From contig OZ244042.1 in assembly GCA_965215015.1 (NCBI GenBank), positions 3,360,001 through 3,424,000 on the forward strand: a stretch of DNA of 64,000 nucleotides, written 5' to 3'. Positions 41,873 through 51,601 of this stretch are shown piece by piece (position 1 is the stretch's first letter; every line of letters starts with the position of its first letter). Origin of the DNA: Candidatus Poribacteria bacterium. Its GTDB lineage: Bacteria; Poribacteria; WGA-4E; PCPOR2b. The position numbers and the translations under genes are program-made. Below the pieces are notes generated by a model. The model had not been told where the DNA came from. It ran no database searches and saw only the letters and a program-made list of their open reading frames with translations.

Positions 41873-43009
41873 CGATCCGTGTTATCCGTTTAATCCGTGA
41901 TTCAGACAATAAGGAGGCCCCTTCCTCAGACCTATCTCGTCGTTTAGATGTGAACGTGAGTCACCTCCTCCTGTGAATCCCTTCATCCTGAAAATCCTGA
42001 TTCAGACAATAGGGAGGCTCCTTCCTCAAACCTATCTCGTCGTTTAGATGTGAACGTGAGTTATCTCCTCCTGTGAATCCCTTCATCCTGAAAATCCTGA
42101 TTCAGACAATAGGGAGGCTCCTTCCTCAAACCTATCTCGTCGTTTAGATGTGAACGTGAGTTATCTCCTCCTGTGAATCCCTTCATCCTGAAAATCCTGA
42201 TTCAGACAATAAGGAGGCTCCTTCCTCAAACCTATCTCGTCGTTTAGATATGAACGTGAGTCACCTCCTCCTGTGAATCCGTTCATCCTGAAAATCCTGA
42301 TTCAGACAATAGGGAGGCTCCTTCCTCAAACCTATCTCGTCGTTTAGATATGAACGTGAGTCACCTCCTCCTGTGAATCCCTTCATCCTGAAAATCCTGA
42401 TTCAGACAATAGGGAGGCTCCTTCCTCAAACCTATCTCGTCGTTTAGATATGAACGTGAATCACCTCCTCCTGTGAATCCCTTCATCCTGAAAATCCGTG
42501 ATTCAGACAATAGGGAGGCTCCTTCCTCAGACCTATCTCGTCGTTTAGATGTGAACGTGAGTCATCTCCTCCTGTGAATCCGTTCATCCTGAAAATCCTG
42601 ATTCAGACAATAAGGAGGCTCCTTCCTCAGACCTATCTCGTCGTTTAGATATGAACGTGAGTCATCTCCTCCTGTGAATCCGTTCATCCTGAAAATCCTG
42701 ATTCAGACAATAAGGAGGCTCCTTCCTCAAACCTATCCCGTCGTTTAGATATGAACGTGAATCACCTCCTCCTGTGAATCCCTTCATCCTGAAAATCCGT
42801 GATTCAGACAATAGGGAGGCTCCTTCCTCAGACCTATCTCGTCGTTTAGATATGAACGTGAGTCATCTCCTCCTGTGAATCCCTTCATCCTGAAAATCCT
42901 GATTCAGACAATAAGGAGGCCCCTTCCTCAAACCGATCTCGTCGTTTAGATATGAACGTGAGTCATCTCCTCCTGTGAATCCGTTCATCCTGAAAATCCT
43001 GATTCAGAC
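41873..43009. repeat. Tandem array of 11 x 100-bp units (non-coding)
   Basis: TTCAGAC at 41901, 42001, 42101, 42201, 42301, 42401, 42502, 42602, 42702, 42803, 42903 and 43003. Confidence 0.97.
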
Positions 43010-43065
43010 GGTAGCTTTTTCGCTTCCGAGCGAGTGTCAAGACTTTTGTCAGGCGAAGGTACCCC

Positions 43066-46000
43066 CTAATTCCCCTTCAAGCTACTCGCTTTCTGCAGCC
43101 GTGCCTCCACAAGATGAATAACCGCCTCATACACACCATCCCTTTCCCCTTGTGTGAGATTGAGAGCATCGAAAATAAGCGTGTCAAGGGCGCGACGGTC
43201 GGGTTGTTGTATTTCATCAAAGATGGGAAGAATTTCTCGCGTTTTTATTGTTTCATAGCATTGATAAATTTCACTTTCCACACAACGTTCTTCTAATATA
43301 GGAAGCGTTTTTAACCAATAAACATTTGTATAAATAACTCCTTCGCCCAGATTGGTGATTCCTTCAGTTTCAATTAGCACAGGGATTATGGTACTGTTTA
43401 GATAAGCACGTGTCACCAAATTTTCTTCCTTAAATTTTATTAAGAAGAATCGCTTATCCCCAAAATAATTGCCTACGTTTTCAAAACAACCAAATCGATC
43501 ATTGTAGGCATCCGACCATAACATATCGGGATATTCCCGTTCACCCAAATCGTACCACCGCGCCCTGCTTCGACAACTCGGTCTCTGATCAAACCCCTCA
43601 GACTCACCCCACTCAATATATTCCAACGCAGCGGTCCCTAACAGATTGGCTTTATCCGCACCGCACATAAATAGCTTGAACTTCAACTGAGTTGGATCGA
43701 TAAGAATACTTTTACACTCTCGCGGGCTTTTGATGACAGGCTTCAGGAACTCCTCCTCAATCCCCCATTCCTGAATCCGCTGATCATTGAAATAGAAAAA
43801 CTGGTTTGCTCCTGTCAGGGTACCCAAACGGACCTCAGCGATATCCCCCAAACGCACCAGCTTATCCTTCCCCTTCTCCAGTATCGTCCAGTAGATGTCC
43901 GGAGCGCGGAGATACTTCCCGCCCCACTTATCGCCTGTATACCTCGTTCGAGGAACACCCTCATCGATGCCCCCTCCCAAAAGGGCCACTTGCGAGATCG
44001 GAAAGATACGGTGTTCGGGGGTATTGCGCCGTTCATTTGCCTCCTCGACCTCCTCAAAGAGGACCGCATCTAAAACCCCCTCAAACGGAGTTTTGAACAT
44101 AACAAACCGCGCCATCTGCGCCAATCCTAACTCAGATTTTTCATCGGGGGAGGAAAAGAGGCAGATAACTGTGTTCACATCAGCCGAAGCGAAGGAACGC
44201 CGAGCCTGATTATCGATAATCTGCTTGATGTGACAATGCTTGACGGTAAACTCCTGAAGATCCTTGCCGTAGCGGACATCAAGCCACGAATTGGAGGTGA
44301 TGAAACAGAACGCCCCTTGCGGATTCAGCAGAGAAAGCCCGTGAAAATAGAAGTAGATGTAGAGATCGCTTTTCGCATCTAGCTTGTGAGAGACCGCAGC
44401 CGACGGATTATCCTGTGTAATATCTTTTTCGCGTCTGTAGCGAAAGAAGCGCGGAAAGGCTTGATACACCGAACGGGCAAGTTTCGCTTTGTACGCCTTT
44501 TTATTTTCCCTCGTGACCTGTTCGCGCGGGATTTTCGGATCGGCGATGCTCTCGTGTCGGACATACGGCGGGTTGCCGATGACGATATCAAAACCGCCCT
44601 TTTCACCCGTGAAGATTTCGACGAAGGCGATGTCCCAGACAAACGGCACACCCCCCGCCCTCACCAGCGCGCTGCGAGCCGCTTCAAGCCGATAGAGGGC
44701 TTCGGTCAAAGTTTCAATCTGCTGTCGCTGCAGCTCCAGTTGACGGTCAGGGTTATCTTCGACGGTCCCATCAAGCCGCATCTGCCGCTCCTGGGGACCG
44801 TCGATTTGCTGTCGTAGCCTCTCAATTTGCTCTTCAATGTTTTTGGTGCGAGTATCAATCAGTTCACGAAAAAGTCGGAGCTCCTCCTGTGCCAACTCCT
44901 CTTCAGATCGATACGGACAATTGGCGTCGTTGTTGAAAAACTGTAACTTGGCGTTTTTCAAACGGGTGATCCGGCCCTTTAACGCGCGCGGCATACCGAT
45001 AAACGCATCGCGGAGGGTGGAGAGGTTCATGCCACCAATCTCTTGGACGAGGCTATCGCCGCATCGGATGTTGAACGAGAAGTGAGGCAGCAACGGTTCA
45101 TTCTGCAGATGCAGCGCTTCACGGGAAAATTCCGCATCGATGACCAGAGCGAGCCACAGCCGTAACTCCGCCACATGACACGCCCACTCCATCACGTCCA
45201 CACCGTAGAGGTTTTGACCGATGATGCCTTTCTTGCGGTCAAAGCTGGATTCCAAGCGTCCAACCCCTTGATTGATTCTATCGCGCAGGTCATCGAGGAT
45301 GTGCAGCATCCCAACGAGGAAAGAACCTGAGCCGCAGGCAGGATCCACGAGCGCCAGCCTTTTTAGGTGGGTGTCGAGGGGGTCCCACAGCTGCGCCGCT
45401 GCGAGTTTCCCATCTGCTTCTGCTTTATCGTCCGGATGAAAGGCAAAGAGCACCTCGTAGAGGAGGGGTTTATGTTCCTGTCCTAAGTGGTTCGTCAAGT
45501 GGTCCACCAGCGCGAGACGGCACATCAGATCAATCTCTGTGCGGGGGGTGTAGAAGATGCCAGCGTCCCCACGTTCATTCGCTTCAGCCGAGACATTGAC
45601 GAGGCTTTCATAAACCTTTCCGATCATCTCCGGATCGACGGCGACCTCCTGATCGAGGGGGCTATCTTCAGCGATGGTGAAGTTGTACTTTTCAAGAAAA
45701 TCAAAAATCGCCTTGAAACGGTGATCAGAAATCTGGAAATCGTGTGCTCCATCGAGGGTATTCTCCCTAAACAGCCCTCCGTTGAGATAAGGGGCTAACG
45801 CCAATGCCTCTCGGATGTGGTCGGGGAAATGGCGATGCCCGCCGTGAAACCTGTTATTGAACGCCTCAAAGAATAGGACGTTGAGCCAGCGATTGACAAA
45901 CGAATTGGTTGGCTCCCTTGTTGCTTGGTAGCTCTCCCAAAACGAGCGGAGAAACTCGGTATCTTCACCGAGCCACCGTTTGCGCTGAATAAAGTAGAGG

Positions 46001-46671
46001 AACATGCAACGGTTGAGGAACTGTAACGCATAATCGTGCGCCCAGCGATAATCTGCGGTCTGACCAGCCAAGTCCTCCTGAAGGACTTGGAAAACGCGTT
46101 TATAGTCTTCAAAGAATCGCTTTGTGACGTCCTCGACATCGAAGGCTGCTTCATGACGGATCTGAATTTCGAGTGGCGACAGTGCTTCCGTATCGGGACC
46201 GATAGATGCCAAGTCAAGCATCGCAATCCGTTCGGACGCGGTGCGGAGTTTCTCATAAGGGCTAATTGTGATGCGGCGGAATAGGCGGCGTCTGTCGAAG
46301 TCGTCTGCGTCGTATTTGACATTGACAAAGTGCCAATCCGTTTGGTCTCGGTTGCTGAAAACGAACAGCGTATAGGGGTGATTTTCGAGGAGTTTAGAGA
46401 TGACAGGTCGTTCAGCGGTCAGCAGCAGGCGGTCTGAGTTGAGACGGGCATAGATGACCTTAAAAGCGTCGTCTGTTCCGCCCGTCGCAAAAAGCACTGG
46501 ATCGTCGGCGAGGGCGTTTTTAGCGGTGTCGGTCCAGCCCTGGCGGGCAATCCCGTCGTTTTGACGGTCGTAGTTTAACTCCGTCCAGAACAGCTTCCGG
46601 AGGGGTTCAATTCCACGAAAGTTCTTGAGAATGCTAAAGATGTTCTGTTGATGGTCGAGGTCGTGTAGCAT
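43066..46671 (-). CDS. Eco57I/type IIG-like N6-adenine DNA methyltransferase (third, distant paralogue)
   Basis: FTIAEDSPLDQEVAVDPEMIGKVYE, GIFYTP, DPACGSGSF, YGVD, FDIVIGNPPY, FITSNSWL. Confidence 0.92.
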   Translation of the reverse strand: MLHDLDHQQNIFSILKNFRGIEPLRKLFWTELNYDRQNDGIARQGWTDTAKNALADDPVLFATGGTDDAFKVIYARLNSDRLLLTAERPVISKLLENHPYTLFVFSNRDQTDWHFVNVKYDADDFDRRRLFRRITISPYEKLRTASERIAMLDLASIGPDTEALSPLEIQIRHEAAFDVEDVTKRFFEDYKRVFQVLQEDLAGQTADYRWAHDYALQFLNRCMFLYFIQRKRWLGEDTEFLRSFWESYQATREPTNSFVNRWLNVLFFEAFNNRFHGGHRHFPDHIREALALAPYLNGGLFRENTLDGAHDFQISDHRFKAIFDFLEKYNFTIAEDSPLDQEVAVDPEMIGKVYESLVNVSAEANERGDAGIFYTPRTEIDLMCRLALVDHLTNHLGQEHKPLLYEVLFAFHPDDKAEADGKLAAAQLWDPLDTHLKRLALVDPACGSGSFLVGMLHILDDLRDRINQGVGRLESSFDRKKGIIGQNLYGVDVMEWACHVAELRLWLALVIDAEFSREALHLQNEPLLPHFSFNIRCGDSLVQEIGGMNLSTLRDAFIGMPRALKGRITRLKNAKLQFFNNDANCPYRSEEELAQEELRLFRELIDTRTKNIEEQIERLRQQIDGPQERQMRLDGTVEDNPDRQLELQRQQIETLTEALYRLEAARSALVRAGGVPFVWDIAFVEIFTGEKGGFDIVIGNPPYVRHESIADPKIPREQVTRENKKAYKAKLARSVYQAFPRFFRYRREKDITQDNPSAAVSHKLDAKSDLYIYFYFHGLSLLNPQGAFCFITSNSWLDVRYGKDLQEFTVKHCHIKQIIDNQARRSFASADVNTVICLFSSPDEKSELGLAQMARFVMFKTPFEGVLDAVLFEEVEEANERRNTPEHRIFPISQVALLGGGIDEGVPRTRYTGDKWGGKYLRAPDIYWTILEKGKDKLVRLGDIAEVRLGTLTGANQFFYFNDQRIQEWGIEEEFLKPVIKSPRECKSILIDPTQLKFKLFMCGADKANLLGTAALEYIEWGESEGFDQRPSCRSRARWYDLGEREYPDMLWSDAYNDRFGCFENVGNYFGDKRFFLIKFKEENLVTRAYLNSTIIPVLIETEGITNLGEGVIYTNVYWLKTLPILEERCVESEIYQCYETIKTREILPIFDEIQQPDRRALDTLIFDALNLTQGERDGVYEAVIHLVEARLQKASSLKGN

Positions 46672-46729
46672 AGGGAGTCTCCATCCATGAGTTGATAGTA
46701 CCTTAGACTAATAGGAGTTACACACGTGA

Positions 46730-47521
46730 GTTTGTGTCGCGCATTCATCGCGCCTCTTTAACAGTTTGTAGTAGTGCAATTCATTGCACGTCAAAAGTCA
46801 GCAGGGGAAGCCCCCCACTTACGGGAGCTGTTTGTAGTAGTGCAATTCATTGCACGTCAAAAGTCAGCAGCGGAAGCCCCCCACTTACGGGAGCAGTTTG
46901 TAGTCGCGCATTCATCGCGCCTCTTTAAGGGAGTCAGCATCCGCCATATGCTCTATGTACCCTCCTTCCCTCCTTAAGCCCCCCACAGGCAGGGGGCATG
47001 CCCCCTCCCCCTGCTTGCGGGGGGACCGAGGGGGGTTCTTACCCCCCACTTCCGGGAGCCGTTTGTAGTCGCGCATTCACCGCGCCTCTTTAACGGAGTC
47101 AGCATCCACCGTATGCTGTATGTACCCTCCTCCCCTCCTTAAGCCCCCCCCACAGGCAGGGGGCATGGCCCCTCCCCCTGCTTGCGGGGGGACCGAGGGG
47201 GGTTCTTACCCCCACTTGCGGGAGCCGTTTGTAGTAGTGCAATTCATTGCACGTCAAAAGTCAAGAGGGGAAGCCCTCCACTTACGGGAGCAGTTTGTAG
47301 TCGCGCATTCATCGCGCCTCTTTAAGGGAGTCAGCATCCACCGTATGCTGTATGCCCCCTCCTCCCCTCCTTAAGCCCCCCCACAGGCAGGGGGCAGGCC
47401 CCTCCCCCTGCTTGCGGGGGGACCGAGGGGGGTTCTTACCCCCACTTGCGGGAACAGTTTGTAGTAGTGCAATTCATTGCACGTCAAAAGTCAGGAGGGA
47501 AAGCCCCCCGCTTACGGGAGC
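46730..47521. repeat. Modular REP array made of short (~66 bp) and long (~165 bp) units
   Basis: Each unit starts GTTTGTAGT plus a hairpin and ends CCC.CTT.CGGGA.C; order is partial L, S, S, L, L, S, L, S. Confidence 0.9.
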
Positions 47522-47596
47522 AGAATGAGCAGCATTAGCCGCTGTGATTCGCAGCACCAGTCCCCGGGTTGTATTGCGATTGCCCTCTGTTCCCTG

Positions 47597-48874
47597 TTAT
47601 GCTGCCAAAGCCTTAAACGCCGCATCAGTTAATCGCGTTAATTCTGCTGGCGAGATAGTAAAGGCGGGCATGATATAAACGACATCGCTAAATGGCCTGA
47701 GCCACACACCCTCCTCTATAAACCGCTGCCGGAGTGCACGTATATATTCTCCACTTGTGTTGGATAGCTGAACAACACCGATAGCTCCCTTTACTCTTAC
47801 ATCGGTGACATTCTCCAGTTTATAGCACGGCTTTAGTTCTTCCTGTAATTGTGTTTCAATCGCTTGAATCTGTGCGATTCGGGGTTCCTGTTCAAACAGA
47901 TCGAGTGAGGCATTGGCAGCGGCACATGCGATTGGATTCGCCATAAACGTGGGACCGTGCATCAGCGCGGTTTCTAGCCGATCTGAGAGGAAGCCTTCAA
48001 ATACCTCCTCCATGGCTAACGTCGCAGCCAATCCCATCATGCCGCCGGTGAGTGCCTTGCCCAGACACATAATATCGGGTGTGATACCGGCGGCCTCGCA
48101 GGCAAACATAGAGCCGGTGCGCCCGAACCCGGTAGCAATTTCATCGGCAATAAACAGTATGCCGTGGTTCTTACAAAGTTGATGGATTTCGGCAAGTACT
48201 TCAGGGAAATGGAACTTCATTCCGCCCGCTGCCTGGACCAAAGGTTCAATAACAAGCCCTGCCACCGTTTCGCTAATCTCCTTTAGGGATTCTGCAAACG
48301 TAGTCAAATCCGCCCCGTTGTTGGGGATATCGAAAATATACTGTTTCGGCATGTAGTGATTCAACGCTCGGTGCATCCCCGTTTCGGGATCGGCGAGCGA
48401 CATACCGCCCATGGTGTCCCCGTGATAGCCATTCCGAAAACAGATAAACTTGCGCTTGTCCGGCTCCTGTCGGTTAGACCAAAACTGTGCTGCCATCTTC
48501 ATCGCTACTTCAACGGCTGTTGAGCCGGAGTCAGAGAAGAAGACGCGACTTAATCCCTTTGGTGTGATGGTAACGAGACGATGGGCGAGTGTGTAAGCCG
48601 GTTCATGGGCAAGCCCCGCAAACATGACATGTGACAGCGTATCCAGCTGTCTTGAAATCTGTTTTGTCAGATGGGGATGTTGGTATCCGTGGCAGGCGCA
48701 CCACCATGATGCAATCCCATCAATTAATTCTCTGCCATCGGCTAGGGTTATCCGTACACCGCTAGCAGAGACGACCGGCAGGGGCAACGGTTCGGTCTGC
48801 ATCTGCGTATAAGGCAACCAGATGTGGTTGAATCCTGCTGTTTCCCACTCAGGGGGGAGGTAGGATTTAGGCAT
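47597..48874 (-). CDS. bioA: Adenosylmethionine-8-amino-7-oxononanoate aminotransferase
   Basis: HIWLPYTQM, DGIASWW, DSGSTAVEVAMK, YHGDT, IADEIATGFGRTG, GKALTGG, HGPTFMANP. Confidence 0.95.
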   Translation of the reverse strand: MPKSYLPPEWETAGFNHIWLPYTQMQTEPLPLPVVSASGVRITLADGRELIDGIASWWCACHGYQHPHLTKQISRQLDTLSHVMFAGLAHEPAYTLAHRLVTITPKGLSRVFFSDSGSTAVEVAMKMAAQFWSNRQEPDKRKFICFRNGYHGDTMGGMSLADPETGMHRALNHYMPKQYIFDIPNNGADLTTFAESLKEISETVAGLVIEPLVQAAGGMKFHFPEVLAEIHQLCKNHGILFIADEIATGFGRTGSMFACEAAGITPDIMCLGKALTGGMMGLAATLAMEEVFEGFLSDRLETALMHGPTFMANPIACAAANASLDLFEQEPRIAQIQAIETQLQEELKPCYKLENVTDVRVKGAIGVVQLSNTSGEYIRALRQRFIEEGVWLRPFSDVVYIMPAFTISPAELTRLTDAAFKALAA

Positions 48875-48960
48875 GTTGCACTTTAAGTGGAAGTATCCCC
48901 ATCAATTTCCAAGACATTGTGAGCAATTTTTTTTAGCTGCTGGTGTGGTGTTTCCCTGCT

Positions 48961-49005
48961 AAAAATAAAAAAGCGGAACCCGGAGGGCTACTCCAGATTC
49001 CGCTT
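48961..49005 (-). terminator. Rho-independent terminator after the ferredoxin fusion gene
   Basis: AAGCGGAATCTGGAG-loop-CTCCGGGTTCCGCTT followed by a T run on the minus strand. Confidence 0.8.
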
Positions 49006-49027
49006 CGTGGGTGCGGAATTATCCGAA

Positions 49028-50263
49028 CTATCCCTTTATCTTCGCGTAATGGACCGGGCGTTCAATAACGAGATCTTCAACCTTCCCTGATTTCGGAACA
49101 ATGATTTGCAACACTTTATCCCGCAACATTGCTTGAAAGTTTTCGGGTTGTGCTTCGATGCGAAACACATTATTGAATCCGAGGGGAAATGAGCTGATAC
49201 GCCCAGCGACTTCGGTAAACCGGGGGTCCTCCAACTTGGTCTCCACAGCGACTGTGCCATCTCCAAGACTCACCTGATATGTGTAATCCGGCATCCGATC
49301 TGGGAGATTATACTTCCGCTTATATGTAGAGTCAGGCACCCAGCGAGGGAACTCAATTTCGATGATATAATGGTCAACTTCTTCTTCCATCCGGTTTAGC
49401 ATCCCGTAACGGCGATAGCGCTCCCGAACATCCTCCTGATAAATGGGGCCATCAGTGAGAACAGCACCCGGCATGGTTGAACGCGGAGAAGTAGGTTCCG
49501 TTGCTAGCACCGGCCGCAATGCTGGCAACAATAGGCGAGCGACCAGCGATGGGATCCAACCGTATATCGAAGCCCCATATCGAGACGGTTCTTCGCTGTC
49601 CGTTGTGGTGAGATCGTCTCTAAATCGATAGAGCCCCTCAAGGACCGCTAAGGCGACGCCGAGGAAAATTGCAAAGTTTCCTTTGCCGGTGAACAGCGCA
49701 GATTCTATATTCCCCCCGGAAAAAAGGAGGAAAAGCACAAGCGGATAGAGTGTCAAATTAATGAGGCTGTTAATCCCCGTTGAGACTGCTGCACTGAAGA
49801 TGACCGGGTTCTGAGCCATCTCCTCAAGTTCACGCTTAAATTTTGCGTCGAAGGCACCGAGCACAAGCTGGGAGAGCATAACAAACGGACGCAATACGGG
49901 GCGAATCGAAGACTTGGGAGACTCAATAGTTTGCACAAATTCTTCGATTCCAATTTTATCTTCGTCTGCTGCAGCTGCGCCATCTTCCCCTGCCGCTGCC
50001 CCTGCTTTTGTCGGTTTAACAAAATCCTCAAAGAATTTCTCATTTAATTCAATATAAGATGTCCACTGCTCTGGTACATCGTCAAGTATGAAAATTGCGG
50101 TGACCGGACACGCGGGTTCACATGCCGCGCAGTCAATACATTCGGCGGGGTTAATATAGAGCTGCTTTTCCCCATCTTTTGTATGAATACAATCAACTGG
50201 ACACACATCAACGCACGCCGTATCCATGACGTCAACACAAGGTTCGGCAATTACGTAAGCCAT
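49028..50263 (-). CDS. FdxA-type ferredoxin fused to a membrane region and a C-terminal HSP20/alpha-crystallin-like domain
   Basis: C..C..CPVDC and CIDCAACEPACP; hydrophobic middle; F...F.I......QAMLRDKVLQIIVPK. Confidence 0.75.
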   Translation of the reverse strand: MAYVIAEPCVDVMDTACVDVCPVDCIHTKDGEKQLYINPAECIDCAACEPACPVTAIFILDDVPEQWTSYIELNEKFFEDFVKPTKAGAAAGEDGAAAADEDKIGIEEFVQTIESPKSSIRPVLRPFVMLSQLVLGAFDAKFKRELEEMAQNPVIFSAAVSTGINSLINLTLYPLVLFLLFSGGNIESALFTGKGNFAIFLGVALAVLEGLYRFRDDLTTTDSEEPSRYGASIYGWIPSLVARLLLPALRPVLATEPTSPRSTMPGAVLTDGPIYQEDVRERYRRYGMLNRMEEEVDHYIIEIEFPRWVPDSTYKRKYNLPDRMPDYTYQVSLGDGTVAVETKLEDPRFTEVAGRISSFPLGFNNVFRIEAQPENFQAMLRDKVLQIIVPKSGKVEDLVIERPVHYAKIKG

Positions 50264-50372
50264 TTCTATCTCTCCTCAGACCCATAATCTTTTCGGTTGT
50301 CTACGGTTTCGGAAAATTTGGGCACACAAATTATACCACAATTCCATAGAGATTTGCAAATGCACATTTGAA

Positions 50373-50512
50373 GCTATAAGTTACGCACCCTTGATGGAGC
50401 TCCACTGTAGCCCCCCGGTTCATCGAGCGTTGGAAATTGTGCTGCGGCGATGAATCACCGAACTACAGGGTTTTGAGCCTTCAACTGCGTAAGTCCTATG
50501 GAGCTATAAGTA
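50373..50512. mobile_element. REPIN/MITE-like element with an inverted REP pair
   Basis: AAGTTACGCA ... TGCGTAAGTCCTA ends; inner TGTAG..GGTTCATCG / CGATGAATC..CTACA; AGCTATAAGT on both flanks. Confidence 0.6.
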
Positions 50513-50545
50513 AAGAAATCGACAACCCTTCAGAACCGGTTTCCG

Positions 50546-51601
50546 TTATTCGTCAATCTCAAGCCGTACTTCCTTCCCTGTCTCCGCGCTCAGGAGCAGG
50601 GCTTCCATCATCTGTTGTACGATAAGCCCGTGGCGGAGTGGGGCTGCACACGGTTTACCATCCAAGATGCTGTCAATAAAATGCGCGGCGATATTATCCC
50701 AAGATTCGAGCCCTGCGGGTGGCTCAACATTGATGTCTTGGGTGGCACCGTTTTCCATACGGTAGAGTGTGAGTGGACTGAGTTTAGCTCCCGCTTCTGT
50801 GCCAAACAACTCCATCTGAAACTCGCCCGGTTGGTGCGATGCCCAGAAGCTCTCGACCTGTAAACCGGTGCCGTTCTCAAAGCGGATGAAACCGCCCCCG
50901 TAGTCGTCCGATGCGTACTGCTCGTAGAACGATTTAGGCGGAGGCGTGCCGGTCGAATATCCCAATCCGTAGGGGCCAAACTTCGCTCCGGCAGTCCCTA
51001 ATACGCCAACGGGTTTGGGCATGCCCAGCACCCACCATACAGCGTCAAGGACATGCACGCCCATATCCCGAAAAGCCCCGCCCCCCTTCTGGATGAACCC
51101 GAGGCTCCAAGTCGGGATTCCGTTTCTTCGGATACTGCGGGATCTTGCGTAGTAGAGTTCACCAAAATATCCCTGTCGTTGAAGATTCCCGAGATATTGG
51201 CAGTCGCGGCCGAAGCGGGTAGAAAGAGACATCATGTTTACAACCCCTGCCGCCTCCGCCTCAGCGACCAGATTCTTCGCTGCTGCTTCTGAGTCGGCGA
51301 GCGGTTTGGTCACCATAACATGCTTCCCATTTCGCACAGCCTCCAATGCAACGGGGACATGCCATTGATTCGGTGTTCCGACAAAAACGGCATCGATTTC
51401 CGGATCCTTACACATCTGCTTGTAGTCGGTGTAAAATTTGACTTCTTCCGGCAACTCCTCTGCAAATTCCTGCATACGCTCTTCGAGTAGATCACAGAGT
51501 GCGACTACCTGTCCACGCGGATTTGCTGACAAGGCACGTCCGTTGGGTTTGCCGATGCCCATACCAACAACTGCAACTCGTACTTTATCGGTAGCTGTCA
51601 T
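50546..51601 (-). CDS. Gfo/Idh/MocA oxidoreductase
   Basis: VAVVGMG, DAVFVGTPN..H, KHVMVTKP, GGGAFRDMGVH. Confidence 0.9.
   Translation of the reverse strand: MTATDKVRVAVVGMGIGKPNGRALSANPRGQVVALCDLLEERMQEFAEELPEEVKFYTDYKQMCKDPEIDAVFVGTPNQWHVPVALEAVRNGKHVMVTKPLADSEAAAKNLVAEAEAAGVVNMMSLSTRFGRDCQYLGNLQRQGYFGELYYARSRSIRRNGIPTWSLGFIQKGGGAFRDMGVHVLDAVWWVLGMPKPVGVLGTAGAKFGPYGLGYSTGTPPPKSFYEQYASDDYGGGFIRFENGTGLQVESFWASHQPGEFQMELFGTEAGAKLSPLTLYRMENGATQDINVEPPAGLESWDNIAAHFIDSILDGKPCAAPLRHGLIVQQMMEALLLSAETGKEVRLEIDE

Noticed and set aside
41618-41893. 91-aa ORF, and the many short antisense or overlapping ORFs in the track
   Set aside because: They overlap REP elements or well-supported genes and show no motifs or RBS.
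41873-43009. CRISPR array
   Set aside because: The whole 100-bp unit repeats, there are no unique spacers, and no cas genes are in the window.
43010-43045. Promoter firing into the 100-bp array
   Set aside because: TTGACA is present on the minus strand but there is no acceptable -10 at 16-18 nt spacing.
46730-47521. CRISPR array, or the small ORFs 46734-47374
   Set aside because: Only two recurring 'spacer' types are present; the ORFs are translations of repeat DNA without an RBS.
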